Shown piece by piece: positions 12,803-25,141 of a DNA stretch of 64,000 nucleotides. Every line of letters starts with the position of its first letter. Position 1 is the stretch's first letter. The translations under genes were made by a program, and so were the position numbers. Origin of the DNA: Gekko japonicus (taxonomy: Eukaryota); contig NW_015161498.1 in assembly GCF_001447785.1 (NCBI RefSeq), positions 124,001 to 188,000 on the forward strand, in the 5' to 3' direction. The notes under the pieces are model-generated. The model was not told the origin of the DNA. It made no database searches and worked only from the letters and a program-made list of their open reading frames with translations.

Positions 12803-13955
12803 CAGCCCCCTGTTATTTAGTGGGGCTCACACCCAGGAAAGTATCCTTAGTGTTGCAGACTGAGTTCAGATCTCTCTTCAGCCCTGAGCCCATCAACGTG
12901 GCCCCATGGGGAAGTGGTCAGGGTACAGTGTACAGACGTGTACAGTGGTCAGTCCCTCACACCAAAGGCCAGATTGCCTCTTCACTACAAAGACCGCTTC
13001 ACAAAAATAAAGAGATGTTATTAATGTGATCATGGTATAAGTATCTACTACTTGAACAAAATGCTGCCCTTCATTACATCTCCAGCAGAGCATAGGATCG
13101 CCAGGTCCCCTCCAGCCACTGGTGAGGGATGGGGGGGGTAGGGTTGCCCACTCCAGGTTGGGGAACTCCTAGAGATTTGGGGATGAAGCTTGAGGAGGAC
13201 CAGGACCTTCATGGGGTACAATGCCATAGAGTCCACCTTCCAAAGCATCCATTTCCTCCAGGGAAACAGATCTCTTTAGTCTGGAGATGAGCTGTAATTC
13301 CAGGGCATCCCCAGGTCCCGCCTGGAGGCTGAAATCCCTAGGAGAGAGTGGCTAAGAAATCCAGACCCCCCATATGTGGTCTAAAAATATATTTTTTCCC
13401 TGCAGGAATATATAAATTACTGACCTTCCTTATTTTCAGCAGAAAAAGAAAATAATACATCAAAAATGCTTTAAAGACTAACAAAAAGCACTCTAAATCA
13501 TAAGCATTATTATTACTGCCAGCTGGCGTAATAATAACATAGTAAAGTTGGAGGAAGGTTTCAGACTTGGCTGAGCAGAGCAGTGGGACACTAGCCAGCT
13601 TCTCAGCAAATACGACAACCTCCTGTCATTGAAGGCTTGGGATTTCACGCTACTATCATGCTTTGCATTGCTGAAACCAGACTGAAAATTAGATGTAGTG
13701 GTTAGACTAATCAATAGCTATTAGCCCTTATGTTGAAGAGGAGGCCAACTCTCACGTCCACCTGGGCCCTCACCTAGCAGCAGAGGGCAAGGACTAAATC
13801 TCACATATTCCTCCAATGCCCCAGCTGGACAAAGGGAGTTCAGCTGCAGGATCCTATTGGCTGGATCCAAATGGGCCAGTGTGGTCTCACACCTGGTGCT
13901 GTCCCAGATGAAGGACTTCTGAATGACACCTGCTCAGTTTGGCAAAGGCCATTTC

Positions 13956-14370
13956 CAGGGGTCATTTCCTGCAGGAGCGCACAGGAGCGGAGCTCCGGCA
14001 GTAAAGAGCCCAGGGGGTGGGCACATGCAACAAGCCCCACCCCCTGCTCCCAGCAGCCCTCAGTCAGAGCAAGAAGCAGCCAGGTAAATTGCAGAGCCCC
14101 CCCGGCCCCCCAGCCCAAAACAGTCCAGTGGCACCTTTAAGACCAAGTTTTATTCCGGTACAAGCTCTCCCTCCTCTGCAAGGACAGATCTGCACGTTCC
14201 CCACCCCCCAATAGCTAGCAATCCAAAAGAGTCCAGTGGAGCCTGAGCGGTGGGTGTTGCCTTCTGACACACTTCCGGTGATGTCAGGGTGTGTGGCATA
14301 TGCAAATAAGTTATGCTAATAGGTTATGCTAATGAGCTCCTGCACCTCTTTTTCTATGAAAGGACCCCTG
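13956..14370. mobile_element. hAT-type MITE, family A (TIR CAGGGGTCATTT)
   Basis: TIRs; TSD GCCATTTC/GCTATTTC; right end repeated at ~14402-14448. Confidence 0.85.
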
Positions 14371-14559
14371 GCTATTTCTATCCCACTGCTGCATTCCCTG
14401 TCTACGAAATGACCCCTGGCCATTTCTATTTCACTGCTGCATTCCCTGGCCCTGGTCAAACTAGCCTATTCTTGCGCTCTCAGGCACCTTCATTTCTCAC
14501 AAAAGGGGATATATCAGATGCTTCTGAATGTGTTCCTTTAATTCAGCATACAGTACAAC

Positions 14560-15054
14560 CAGGGGTCATTTTGTAGAAAAAGAGGTGCAGGAGCTCATTA
14601 GCATAACTTATTAGCATAACTTATTTGCATATGCCATGCCCCCTGACATCATCGGAAGTGTGTCAGAAGGCAACACCCACCGCTCAGGCTCCACTGGACT
14701 CTTTTNNNNNNNNNNNNNNNNNNNNNNNNNNNNNNNNNNNNNNNNNNNNNNNNNNNNNNNNNNNNNNNNNNNNNNNNNNNNNNNNNNNNNNNNNNNNNNN
14801 NNNNNNNNNNNNNNNNNNNNNNNNNNNNNNNNNNNNNNNNNNNNNNNNNNNNNNNNNNNNNNNNNNNNNNNNNNNNNNNNNNNNNNNNNNNNNNNNNNNN
14901 NNNNNNNNNNNNNNNNNNTGGCTGCTTCTTGCTCCTCGTGGCCTGACTGAGGGCTGCTGGGAGCAGGGGGTGGGGCTTGTTGCACGTGCCCGCCCCCTGG
15001 GCTCCTTACTGCTGGAGCTCCGCTCCTGTGCGCTCCCGCAGGAAATGACCCCTG
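14560..15054. mobile_element. hAT-type MITE family A, inverted relative to 13956-14370 (internal gap)
   Basis: TIRs; TSD AGTACAAC/AGTCCAAC. Confidence 0.85.
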
Positions 15055-15505
15055 AGTCCAACTAACAAACAAGTAAGCAGTCTTAAGCCAGCGGCCTGCA
15101 CTCTTTCTCACAAGGGTACCATCCAGCACTATCTACTAGCAGTTTCTTAGTGGAAGAGTCCTTTCATTTCAAGTCTCCCAAGGAAGAGAGGCATATCTGA
15201 GGATGTTCTGGGCCTGTTCCCACTACAAGGTCCCTAGGTAGGGTCTAGAGTTCTCCCAGAATTATGACTGATCTCCAGACTACAGAGATCAGTTCCTCTA
15301 AAGGAAATGGCAGGTCTGGAGGGTGGACTTTGTGTCAGCAGTTCCCAACCTTTTCGGTATGGTGGCCCACAAGTCCAAATTTACTTGATGTGGTGACCCA
15401 TCGTTTTGGATGTCTAGCTATTGGGGGGGGGGGGAAACGTGCAGATATGTTCTTGCAGAGGAGGGAGAGCTTGTACCTGAATAAAACTTGGTCTTAAAGG
15501 TTCCC

Positions 15506-17270
15506 AACCCGGAACTGGCAACCCTAGTGACCCCACCCCCCTGGAAAAAGTGAGCCAGATCATATGGGAAGCTTCTGTATGGCCACTGTAGTAGGCGGCA
15601 GCATCCAAAACATTGGATCACACTTTTAAGGGTCAGAGGTCTGCAGACTGAGGGAGGAGGCAGATGGGTCCAGACCAGTGTTCCCTCTAAGCTGAGTTAG
15701 TGTGAGCTAGCTCAAGGGCAGCTCCAGAGAAAACTAATTTATGCAGCAGCCAAATCGTTCGCTCACAACTTTAATGCCAGCAGCTCACAAATTAGAATTT
15801 TTGCTCACAAGACTCCACAGCTTAGAGGGAGCATTGCTCCAGACTTGGTTCTCAATTGGCACTACCCCGAATCTCCCCCCCCCCTTTCTTTTCACACCTG
15901 TGGAAAAAATCATGTTGTTAAAGCGAGGACAGAATCTAGCCTCCCCTCCCAATACTGGAATTCCAGTCCTAATGGGCAAAAGTATAGCAGGGGATGCAAG
16001 CAGGGTTGCCAGCTACCTGGAGAAAAAGTATCCTGACCAGTGTTCCCTCTAAGCCAAGGTAGTGTGAGCTAGCTCACGGTTTTTTAGCCTCCGGCTCACA
16101 CATTTTTGTCTTCGCTCAGGAAGGAGGGCTCCAGAGCAAACTAATTTATGCAGGAGCCAAACTGCTCGCTCACAATTTTAATGCCAGNNNNNNNNNNNNN
16201 NNNNNNNNNNNNNNNNNNNNNNNNNNNNNNNNNNNNNNNNNNNNNNNNNNNNNNNNNNNNNNNNNNNNNNNNNNNNNNNNNNNNNNNNNNNNNNNNNNNN
16301 NNNNNNNNNNNNNNNNNNNNNNNNNNNNNNNNNNNNNNNNNNNNNNNNNNNNNNNNNNNNNNNNNNNNNTGAAAACTTTGTGATGGACAGTAAAAGAAAT
16401 ACGTAGTGTATCCTGTGTCAAATAGGGTTACCAACCTCCAGGTGGTGACTGGAGATCTCCCACTATTGCATGGCTGCTTTAGAGTGTGGATTCCATGGCA
16501 CTGAAGTCCCTCCCCTCCTCAAACCCCACCCTCCTAAGGCTCTACTCCCCAAATCTCCAGGTATTTCCCAACCCGGAACTGGCAACCCTAGTGACCCCAC
16601 CCCCCTGGAAAAAGTGAGCCAGATCATATGGGAAGCTTCTGTATGGCCACTGTCGTAGGCGGCAGCATCCAAAACATTGGATCACACTTTTGAGGGTCAG
16701 AGCTCTGCAGACTGAGCTCTAAGCTGAGTTAGTGTGAGCTAGCTCAAGGGCAGCTCCAGAGAAAACTAATTTATGCAGCAGCCAAATCGTTCGCTCACAA
16801 CTTTAATGCCAGCAGCTCACAAATTAGAATTTTTGCTCACAAGACTCCACAGCTTAGAGGGAGCATTGCTCCAGACTTGGTTCTCAATTGGCACTACCCC
16901 GAATCTCCCCCCCCCCTTTCTTTTCACACCTGTGGAAAAAATCATGTTGTTACAGCAAGGACACAATCTAGCCTCCCAATACTGGAATTCCAGTCCTAAA
17001 GGGCAAATGTATAGGAGGGGATGCAAGCAGGGTTGCCAGCTGCCTGGAGAAAAAGTATCCTGACCAGTGTTCCCTCTAAGCTGAGTGAGTGTGAGCTAGC
17101 TCACAGTTTTTTAGCCTCCGGCTCACACATTTTTGTCTTCACTCAGGAAGGAGGGCTCCAGAGCAGACTAATTTATGCAGGAGCCAAACCGCTCGCTCAC
17201 AATTTTAATGCCAGGAGCTCACAAAGAAGAATTTTTGCTCACAAGACTCCACAGCTTAGAGGGAACACTG
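15506..17270. repeat. Direct duplication across a gap (15506-16187 vs 16568-17215), each copy with family B MITEs (15676-15836, 17065-17270)
   Basis: Near-identical blocks flanking N gap 16188-16369; MITE TSD STCCAGAC at 15676-15836. Likely haplotype duplication. Confidence 0.75.
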
Positions 17271-18354
17271 AGATTCCTGACCCTTCTAACAGAAGCTTAA
17301 TGGGATTTTACTGCCAGGTGATGGAGTTTATCTCCTTGTAAGTCTCCATGAAAGGGACAGGGCATTTTTCTCCAGGCCTCTTGGCAACCCTATGTGCAAG
17401 GTGTCTGTGCACAAAAACATTCCACACCCAACAGAGATAAGCACAGGGCCAGTAAAGAGTCATAGCTGTGGAGTTAGGTAAGTCAAGAGGCAATTTTTGC
17501 TTCCAAGCAGTGGCGTCCCCAGTTTACTTTCCTTCAGTAATAAGTATGTGGTTGCCATTCATTGGGGGGGTAGCACTGGTGCATACTTTTGGAATGAGAG
17601 CATACCTGCCCTCCATCTCTGACCCTGGGCAGCACAGGCCTCAATGACATGGATCCCACAGGTGGAGTTTACACACACAAACAAAGAGGGTCCCTTCTAA
17701 TACACAAGCTCTGCATCCACACACACATTTTGCTAGTTCACTAGAGCACACTGCTAGGAGCAGTCAGGGAGGTAGTATTATGTAGCTGGACACGCACATC
17801 TGTATGTGTGGTGCACCCCTGCATGCATGCAAGAAGCGAAATACAAGTGAACAAGAAAAATAATCTCAGCTTATTGGTAAGAGCTGATCTGAGCGTCAGT
17901 AAGAGCTTACTTGGGTAACAGCCTACTGTGTCAACTGCACAACATGAAAATCATTGTTGCAAGCATGGCTGTGTGTGTGATGAAACCGGCACTGAAATTC
18001 TAGCACAGATTGAGAGAGAGAAGCAGATGGACACAGCTGGGAATTGGCTGAAACACATCGGGGATCCAGGCTCTCTCTCCCCCTCCGGGATCCAAATGTC
18101 TCTTTGTCTGCACCTGCAGTCTATTTGTATATCTGTAAATAAAAGCAAGTACTACAAACTCACCATAAGTCTCTGGTGTTCTTTCCTCCAAAGGGAACCC
18201 AACCCAAGTATACTCTAGCCATGAACAGAAGGAAGACTGAGCTGGGAGGGAGAGACACAGAATTCAGCATCCTCAGCAATTCAGCGTCCATTACAGTTGG
18301 AAAAAGAGCTGAAGAAGTGCTAAAGGAAGGATTCATTTGAAATGTGGTGGTGGA

Positions 18355-18731
18355 TGAAGAAGAAAAGTAGATTTTTATGTCCCACTTTTCTGTACCTTAA
18401 GGAGTCTCAAAGGGGCTTTCAATCTCCTTCCCTTCCTCTCCCCCACAACAGGCACCTTGTGAGGTGGGTGGGACTAAGAGAGTTCTGAGAGGATCGTGAC
18501 TGGCCCAAGGTCACCCAGCAGGCTTCATGTGTCTCAAAGGGGCTTACAATCGCCTTCCCTTCCTCTCCCCACAACAGGCATCTTGTGAGGTAGGTGGGGC
18601 TGAGAGAGTTCTGAGAGAACAGTGACTGGCCCAAGGTAACCCAGCAGGCTTCACGAGGAGGAGGAACGGGAATCAAACCCAATTCTCTGGATTAGAGTCC
18701 ACCACTCTTAACCAATATACCACTCTGGCTT
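18355..18731 (-). mobile_element. Squam3-like SINE with internal duplication
   Basis: (GAA)n tail in reverse; CCCCACAACAGGCACCTTGTGAGG core present twice; tRNA-like head GGGAATCAAACCC...TTAACCA. Confidence 0.75.
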
Positions 18732-18742
18732 TCAGTTTTACA

Positions 18743-19063
18743 GATACCGTGGGCTGCCCAAAAGACAAATAAGTGGGTTCTAGATCAAATCAATCATGAA
18801 TTCTCCCTAGAAGCTAAAATGACTAAACTGAGGCTATCGTACTTTAGTTACATTCTAAGAAGACAAGAGTCACTGGAAAAGACAATAATGCTAGGAAAAG
18901 TTGAAAGCAGGAAGAAAAGAGGAAGACCCAACCTGAGATGGATGGACTCAGTCAAGGAAGCCACGGTCTTTACTTTTCAAGACCTGAGCAAGGCTGTTAG
19001 AGGACATGAATTCCTAAGGTCACGATAAGTCAGAGGTGACTTGACAGCACTTAACACACACAC
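18743..19063 (+). mobile_element. RTE-clade LINE 3' end (non-BovB family) with (CA)n tail
   Basis: MTKLRLSYFSYILRRQESLEKTIMLGKVESRKKRGRPNLRWMDSVKE is a typical RTE C-terminus. Confidence 0.8.
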
Positions 19064-19162
19064 AAGGAAAGGATGAATGAAAAGGGCTGTGTACTTTGGC
19101 ATGATGCATAACAGCCCTTTCTTCCCACTGCCTACAAGAAGCAGAATGTCCTACTCTGCATA

Positions 19163-19455
19163 AAGAAAAAGAAGAAGAGAAGAGATTGGATTTATACCCT
19201 GCCCTTCACTACCCAAAGGTGTCTCAGAGCGGCTTACAAACTCCTTTCCCTTCCCCTCCCCACAACAGACACCCTGTGAGGTAGGCGGGGCTGAGAGAGC
19301 TCTTGAAAGAAACGACTCTTTTTCAGGAACAGCTCTTATCAGAACTACGGCTTGCCCAAGGTCATCCAGCCAGCTGCACGTGGAGGAGTGGGGAATCAAA
19401 CCCGGTTCTCCCAGATTAGAGTCCACGCACTTAACCACTACACCAAACTGGCTCT
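19163..19455 (-). mobile_element. Squam3-like SINE, full length
   Basis: Same family as 54189-54463; tRNA-derived head, (CTT)n tail. Confidence 0.8.
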
Positions 19456-19603
19456 CCAAATCTGATAAACACTGCTGTGTCCATTTAGCATCGAAGCAAC
19501 TTCTCATTGATTGCTGGGTTTTGTGATGTTCAGTTGGAGTCAATTTTTGCTACTTCTTCCCCAAATGCCAGGGGAGTGGCCTGCTATCAGCCATACCCTA
19601 TGG

Positions 19604-19922
19604 CAGTGGTGGCGAACCTATGGCACGGGTGCCAGAGGTGGCACTCAGAGCCCTCTCTGTGGGCACGCGTGCCATCGCCCCAGCCAGGCCCAGACCATCA
19701 TTAAAGTGTCGAATTCTCTGCCAAATAATTTTAAGTAAATGAAAGCATTTGGGATTGCTTTCCTTACTTTGTTTCGATCATCTTAAGTTAATGTATGAGT
19801 TGTTTTTTCTAAAGTAAAACCTCAGTATTCAGGTTAAATTGCCGTGTTGGCACTCTGCGATAAATAAGTGGGTTTTGGGTCGCAGTTTGGGCACTCGGTC
19901 TCTAAAAGGTTCGCCATCACTG
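19604..19922. mobile_element. hAT-type MITE, family C (TIR CAGTGGTGGCGAACCT)
   Basis: TIRs; perfect TSD CCCTATGG; second copy at 50789-51106. Confidence 0.9.
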
Positions 19923-20180
19923 CCCTATGGCCACGGCTGTCAGAGTAGCATTCTCTCCAAGATGCAGGCAGAGGCCAGAAGTTCATGTCTTGAAAGACAC
20001 ACACACACACACCGCTTGTGCACTTGAACATCCAACCTGATGAAGAGTTCTGCAAAACTTGAAAGCTTGCACACAGTTTTGTTCAGGTGGGTTGTTGTGT
20101 TGGACTGAAGCAGAAGCACCTTCCTGGCAACCAACCCCCCCAACACCTATATGTAATGGTTGAAGAAGTTTTGTTTCACT

Positions 20181-20218
20181 GTATCTGAAGAAGTGTGTAT
20201 GTACACGAAAGCTTATAC
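20181..20218 (+). ncRNA. Minimal type I hammerhead ribozyme motif in a Penelope-like terminal fragment
   Basis: GTAT-CTGAAGA-A-GTGTG(TATG)TACAC-GAAA-GCTT-ATAC: stem I, CUGANGA, stem II, GAAA, palindromic AAGCTT stem III. Confidence 0.7.
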
Positions 20219-21803
20219 CTTGAATAAAAAACTTTGTTGGTCTTTAGGGGGCCCCTGGACTCAAACTTTATTACACTCTTCTGTGTCATTTTGGTTGGTC
20301 TTAATAAAAGGAATGCCATGGCTTTTGGCTTTGGATGAAGCTATAGACTAATCCGTCTTTTAGTAACTCTATGGATATTTTACAGAATTCTACCAGGTCC
20401 ATGAATTCCATATTCCATGCGACAAAAAAAGAGAATTTTTAAAGCTCAGAGTATTTGGGTGGTGACACACTTTCTACTGCACACCACAGTGCACAAAGAG
20501 GAGTGTGAAATCAGGGTGGGTCTGTCTCAGCTCCATCTCACTCTCTCTACCAAAACTCTATATGCAGATCTATTTTAAAAAACTGGCCTTGATTTCAGAG
20601 ACCAGCAATGCAGATCACACATTCCATCTGCGCGTCCAAGCCCCACACTCACGCAATACTGAGTTATAAAGAAAATACTGACAGACCAAAGTCAACTAAT
20701 TAAAAATCATTCCTTTATTTCCTTTCATCTAGGTTAAATGGACTCTGGCGTGCTCCATCCTGCCTACAGCTTTGAGAAAGTGTAAACCCTAATATTGTCA
20801 GACAGCCGAACAAATATTTGCAGCCAAATCTGATTCAATATTTACTGAGAAATGTCCCACCGATGTCAAGGCAAATTGTCCGTGGAGGTGCACTCAGGAT
20901 TGTGATCACAAAGAAAGACGTGTGTACAAACCTCAGCACAAATAGCTCAAGCTATCAGTGAGCTCTGCAAAGAGTAAATAGCCGAAAAGGTCAGGTTACG
21001 TTTCCCGCATATAGCTATATCATTATTGCTGTTGTTATTATTATTACTACTATTACTACCACTCATAAGAATAAATGAGTACTGAATGCTTATATCAGAG
21101 CAGAGGTTAATCAATAAATTTCCCAGCACTGCATGGTTGCAGGCTGACTCCATTAGAACACTGGTATTGATCAGCAAACCTCCTGATTTAATTTCTGTTC
21201 CCAAGGAAATTCAGGACACAATTAGATGTAACATGAAATCCAAAGTTCTGCAAAAAATAAAACCAAAAAAACCAAAATGAAACCCAGCCCTATGGCGAGT
21301 AATTGATTTATTGAGATGTTTCTTTTTCTTTTCTTTTTTTATTGAGATGTTTCTTGATTGTCTTGCCCCTACACAGGAGGTCCCATCCTTCTGCAAGGGT
21401 CAGCTGACCTCAGCACCCTTATTCTGAGCACTGCCCTACCTATGCCCATGGCAGCCAATGTAAGGAGAAACACTCAGTGGGGGTGGGTCTGTTCCACTAA
21501 GCTAGGAGCTTCCCCACAATTAGGGTTGCCAACCTCCAGGTGGCGGCTAGAGATCTCCCCGCATTAAAACTGGTCTCCAGACAACAGGGATCAGTTCGCC
21601 TGAAGAAAATGGCTACCTCTGAAGGTGGACTGTGTGGCATTATACCCCACCCAGGTGCCTCCCCTCCTCAAGTTCTGGAGACCTCCAGAGAATACCAGGG
21701 CTGGGAAGCCAGAGGCAGGCCATCAAGCCACTTCTCTGAATGTCCTCCATGCCCCGGTAGGAGTCGTCAGAGGTCATAATGACTTCCAGGCATGGGCGCG
21801 CAC

Positions 21804-22162
21804 CAGGGGTCGTTTCGTAGAAAAAGAGCTAGGGGAACTCATTAGCATAACTCATTAGCATATGCCACACCCCCTGACATCACCGGAAGTGTGTCATAAG
21901 GCCACACCCCCTGACATCACCTACCTCAGGGAAGCTCCTGGATGGGGCTGGGAGTCCTTGCGGAGGCCATGTGGAGTGGCCTCGGCCAGGCAGAGGGGGA
22001 GGCCGCCAACTTACCCTCCTGCTTCTTCCTCCTTCTGCAACAGAATGAGGCTGGAAGAAGGGGGCGACCGGAAGAAGGGGCGGGGCTTTGTCGTGTGCCC
22101 CGCCCCCTGCACCTCACCCGGGGAACTGCAATCCCCCGCGATCCCCCCAGAAATGACCTCTG
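21804..22162. mobile_element. hAT-type MITE, family A2
   Basis: CAGGGGTCGTTTC ... GAAATGACCTCTG; TSD GCGCGCAC/GCGCGCGC. Confidence 0.85.
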
Positions 22163-23561
22163 GCGCGCGCGCACACACACAAAAATAACAAAACAAAAAA
22201 CAACTTGAATGGAGCTCAATGCTATTGGATTGCAATATTTTATTCTGCATGCAGGGAACAGTGACTGGCATTCTGAAGTGGGATTAAACCCCTTGACCCG
22301 TGATATTGATGACCAGCCCAAAGCAGTGAATTCTTATTTTTGCTGACAACCCACAGCTGCCTTATGGCAAACACGTAGGCTTTCAAGGCAAGAGGCATTC
22401 AGAGGTGGTTTTGCCATTGCCTGACTCTGTGTGGCGACCCTGGACTCCTTTGGTGGCCTCCTGTCCAAATTATAACCAGGGCCAACCCAGCTAAGCATCT
22501 GAGATCTGACAAGATCAGGCTAGCCTGGTCCATCCAGGTCAGGGCAGTGAAGGATACAAGAAATGAAGAATACATTTGAATACAGTGAGGAATACATTTG
22601 CACACTTGTGCCATTGGAAATATTGGAATCCTTTCCTTTCTGTCTTACCTTTGATCAGTCCTCACTTTCTGTTTGGTTGAGCCATCAGTTTATACGTCTC
22701 AGGCTTCTCATCTCTTAATCAGACCCACAATGATATATTAAGGAATGGTATGATAGTGAAGGGTGTGAAACTGGAAATCCCAGAGTCAAATCCTAATTTA
22801 CCTGTGTACCACTCAGTGGCCATATCACAGGGCTGGATCCCTGGACAGGCTGCCCATGTGGCTGCTTGGGGCAGGCAAAGAAGCTGATTGGCATCCCACG
22901 TAGGCCCACACCACTGCTGGCTGCATCCAAGCCAAGCTTGGAGCTGGACAGAGGTGTGTGGGGGTCCCAAGAGGGGATGGGTGCATGTGGTTTCGGACAA
23001 CAAGATACCTTGCCCTGGGTGGCCTTGGGCCAGTCATGCAATCTTGGCGTAATAACCTACCTCACATCACTGTTGTGAGGATAAAATGGAGAACAATGTA
23101 AAGAAAGGGAAGGGAAGGCGAGAAGATGAGGGGGAGAGAGATAGAATGGATATGAAGTCCACTCCCCCAATGCACTCTTAGCCATGGCAGGGTGAGAAAA
23201 CATTTTGACTCCCACATTTTTTCATCTCACCTGCTCTTCAAGGAGCTTAGAGTGATATACAGGGATCCTCCCTTCCTCTTCTTACCTTCAGAGGCTGGTT
23301 AGGCTTAGAGAAAGTGACTGGCCCAAGGTCACCAGTGAGCTTACAGATGAATGGGAACTTGAGTCTACACTCCTGATCTAACACACTAACAACTACTCAA
23401 TACTCATACACATGAGATTCACAGAAGCAGTCACGCTAAGGACTTGTACAGATCCATTATGAGTTTGTGTTGATTTGATGGGATTCTGGTGCAAAAAATA
23501 GACTTTACCAGGATGAAATAGGTCAACAAGATAATGTGTACAGGCAAAGTTCTTTGAGAAC

Positions 23562-23937
23562 CAGGGCTATTTGGGGGCAGGAACGCACAGGAACGGAGTT
23601 CTGGCTGGCTCCTGAGTTGGCCACTTCCAGCAGGAACTCGTTAACATAATAGACCACACCTAACTGCAGAAACTCATTAGGATTGGCTATATTAGGGGTG
23701 TGTGGTCTAACAAGCAAAGAAGTTCCTGCTACAAAAAAAGCCCTGGGTTTTGACAACAAACAGAGTAAACAGAATAAGAAGCAAAAGGTGAGTGTGGTAG
23801 CATGGGGGTGTGGTCTAATATGCTAATGAGCTGTGATGTCAGGGGTGTGGCTTAATATGTTAATGAGTTCCTGCTGTTGGGTGTGGCCTATTATGCTAAT
23901 GAGTTCCTGCTGGGCTTTTTCTACAAAAAGAGCCCTG
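23562..23937. mobile_element. hAT-type MITE, family A3 (TIR CAGGGCT), with duplicated right end
   Basis: Perfect TSD TTGAGAAC; sister copy at 34277-34673. Confidence 0.88.
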
Positions 23938-25141
23938 TTGAGAACTATACAAACATCTATTAACTAGTGCTATTTTATTTCTAGTTTGAACATCTGTGCC
24001 TGAAGAACACACTTTCAAAACGCTCCCGTCCTAGATTTTTCAACTACTAATAGGTGCAATTGCAATGGATTGCGATCAATACTGTCTTGCTGAAATACTT
24101 GAGGCACGTAATCCAGCAGGAGCACAGAAACTTTCATTCAATCACCCTAACACTTGAACACATGAAGCTGCCTTCTATGAAGTCAGACCACTGATCTATC
24201 AAGGTCAGTCTTGTGTACTCTGACCAGTGGCTCTCCAGGGTATCAAGGTCTTTTATCTACTACCTGATCCTTTGAACTGCAAATGCCAAGGATTGAACCT
24301 GAGACCTTCTGCATGCCAAGCAGATGATCCACAGTCTGTTCCTAATCACCTTTTACAGACCCTACTCCCACCGCTCCATGACCAAGACGGACTTGCCTAG
24401 GATTTTCAGCAGGCATGCCACTCCTTCAAGAGGACACATTTAAAACAGGAGCAAGTGAAGTGCATGAGCAACCTCCATACATCAGAGTAATTCTAGAACC
24501 AAGATGGGCTGGCTGCAGCCTGACTAGAATCCCCACAGTCCAGTGATGCGCAGATTTACAAAACGAATGAGCGCATACTTGATGGCTAAGGTATCATGAT
24601 TCTACGTTAGGATGTCCACTACTTCTTAAGAAATTAAGTGCCCCAGCATTCTTTGCAAGATTATCAGCATCCAGTTACCCAAATTTTCTGGTAGGTGGTT
24701 CCCCAAAAAGTGAACTTTGGCTCGCCTTCTGCTCTCCTAGAAGATACCACTTTATTAGTGTCATGTCGTACTTCCCAAAACCCATTAGCAATATCACCAG
24801 AAAACTCCACATACTGGAAAATATTCAGAACTGTTCATCATTCTGCTACCTGACAAAACTTCTGTATAGTAAGAACAGTCCAGCTGGATCAGACCAGTGG
24901 CCCACCTAGTCTAGCATTATGACTCACACAATGGTCAACTAGTTACTCTGGCAGGACAACAATAGGGCATAGAGGCCAAGGCCTTCCTCAAATGTGGAGG
25001 TTCTTTTAGTCAACATGGCTGGTAGCCACTGATGGACCTCTCCTCCATGAATGTGTCTAATCCTATTTTTAAGCCATCATGCCTTTGGACATCATTATAT
25101 CCTCTGAAAATGAATTCCACATTTTAATCACTCATGGAATA

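Noticed and set aside
17980-18220. Possible solo LTRs here and at ~35095-35355
   Set aside because: AATAAA and LTR-like texture only; TG..CA ends with a TSD could not be defined.
19395-19455. tRNA-like A/B boxes as tRNA genes
   Set aside because: SINE heads; no complete cloverleaf.
23800-23937. Regularly spaced ATGCTAATGAG repeats as a CRISPR-like array
   Set aside because: Eukaryotic DNA; the repeats are MITE subterminal motifs without unique spacers.
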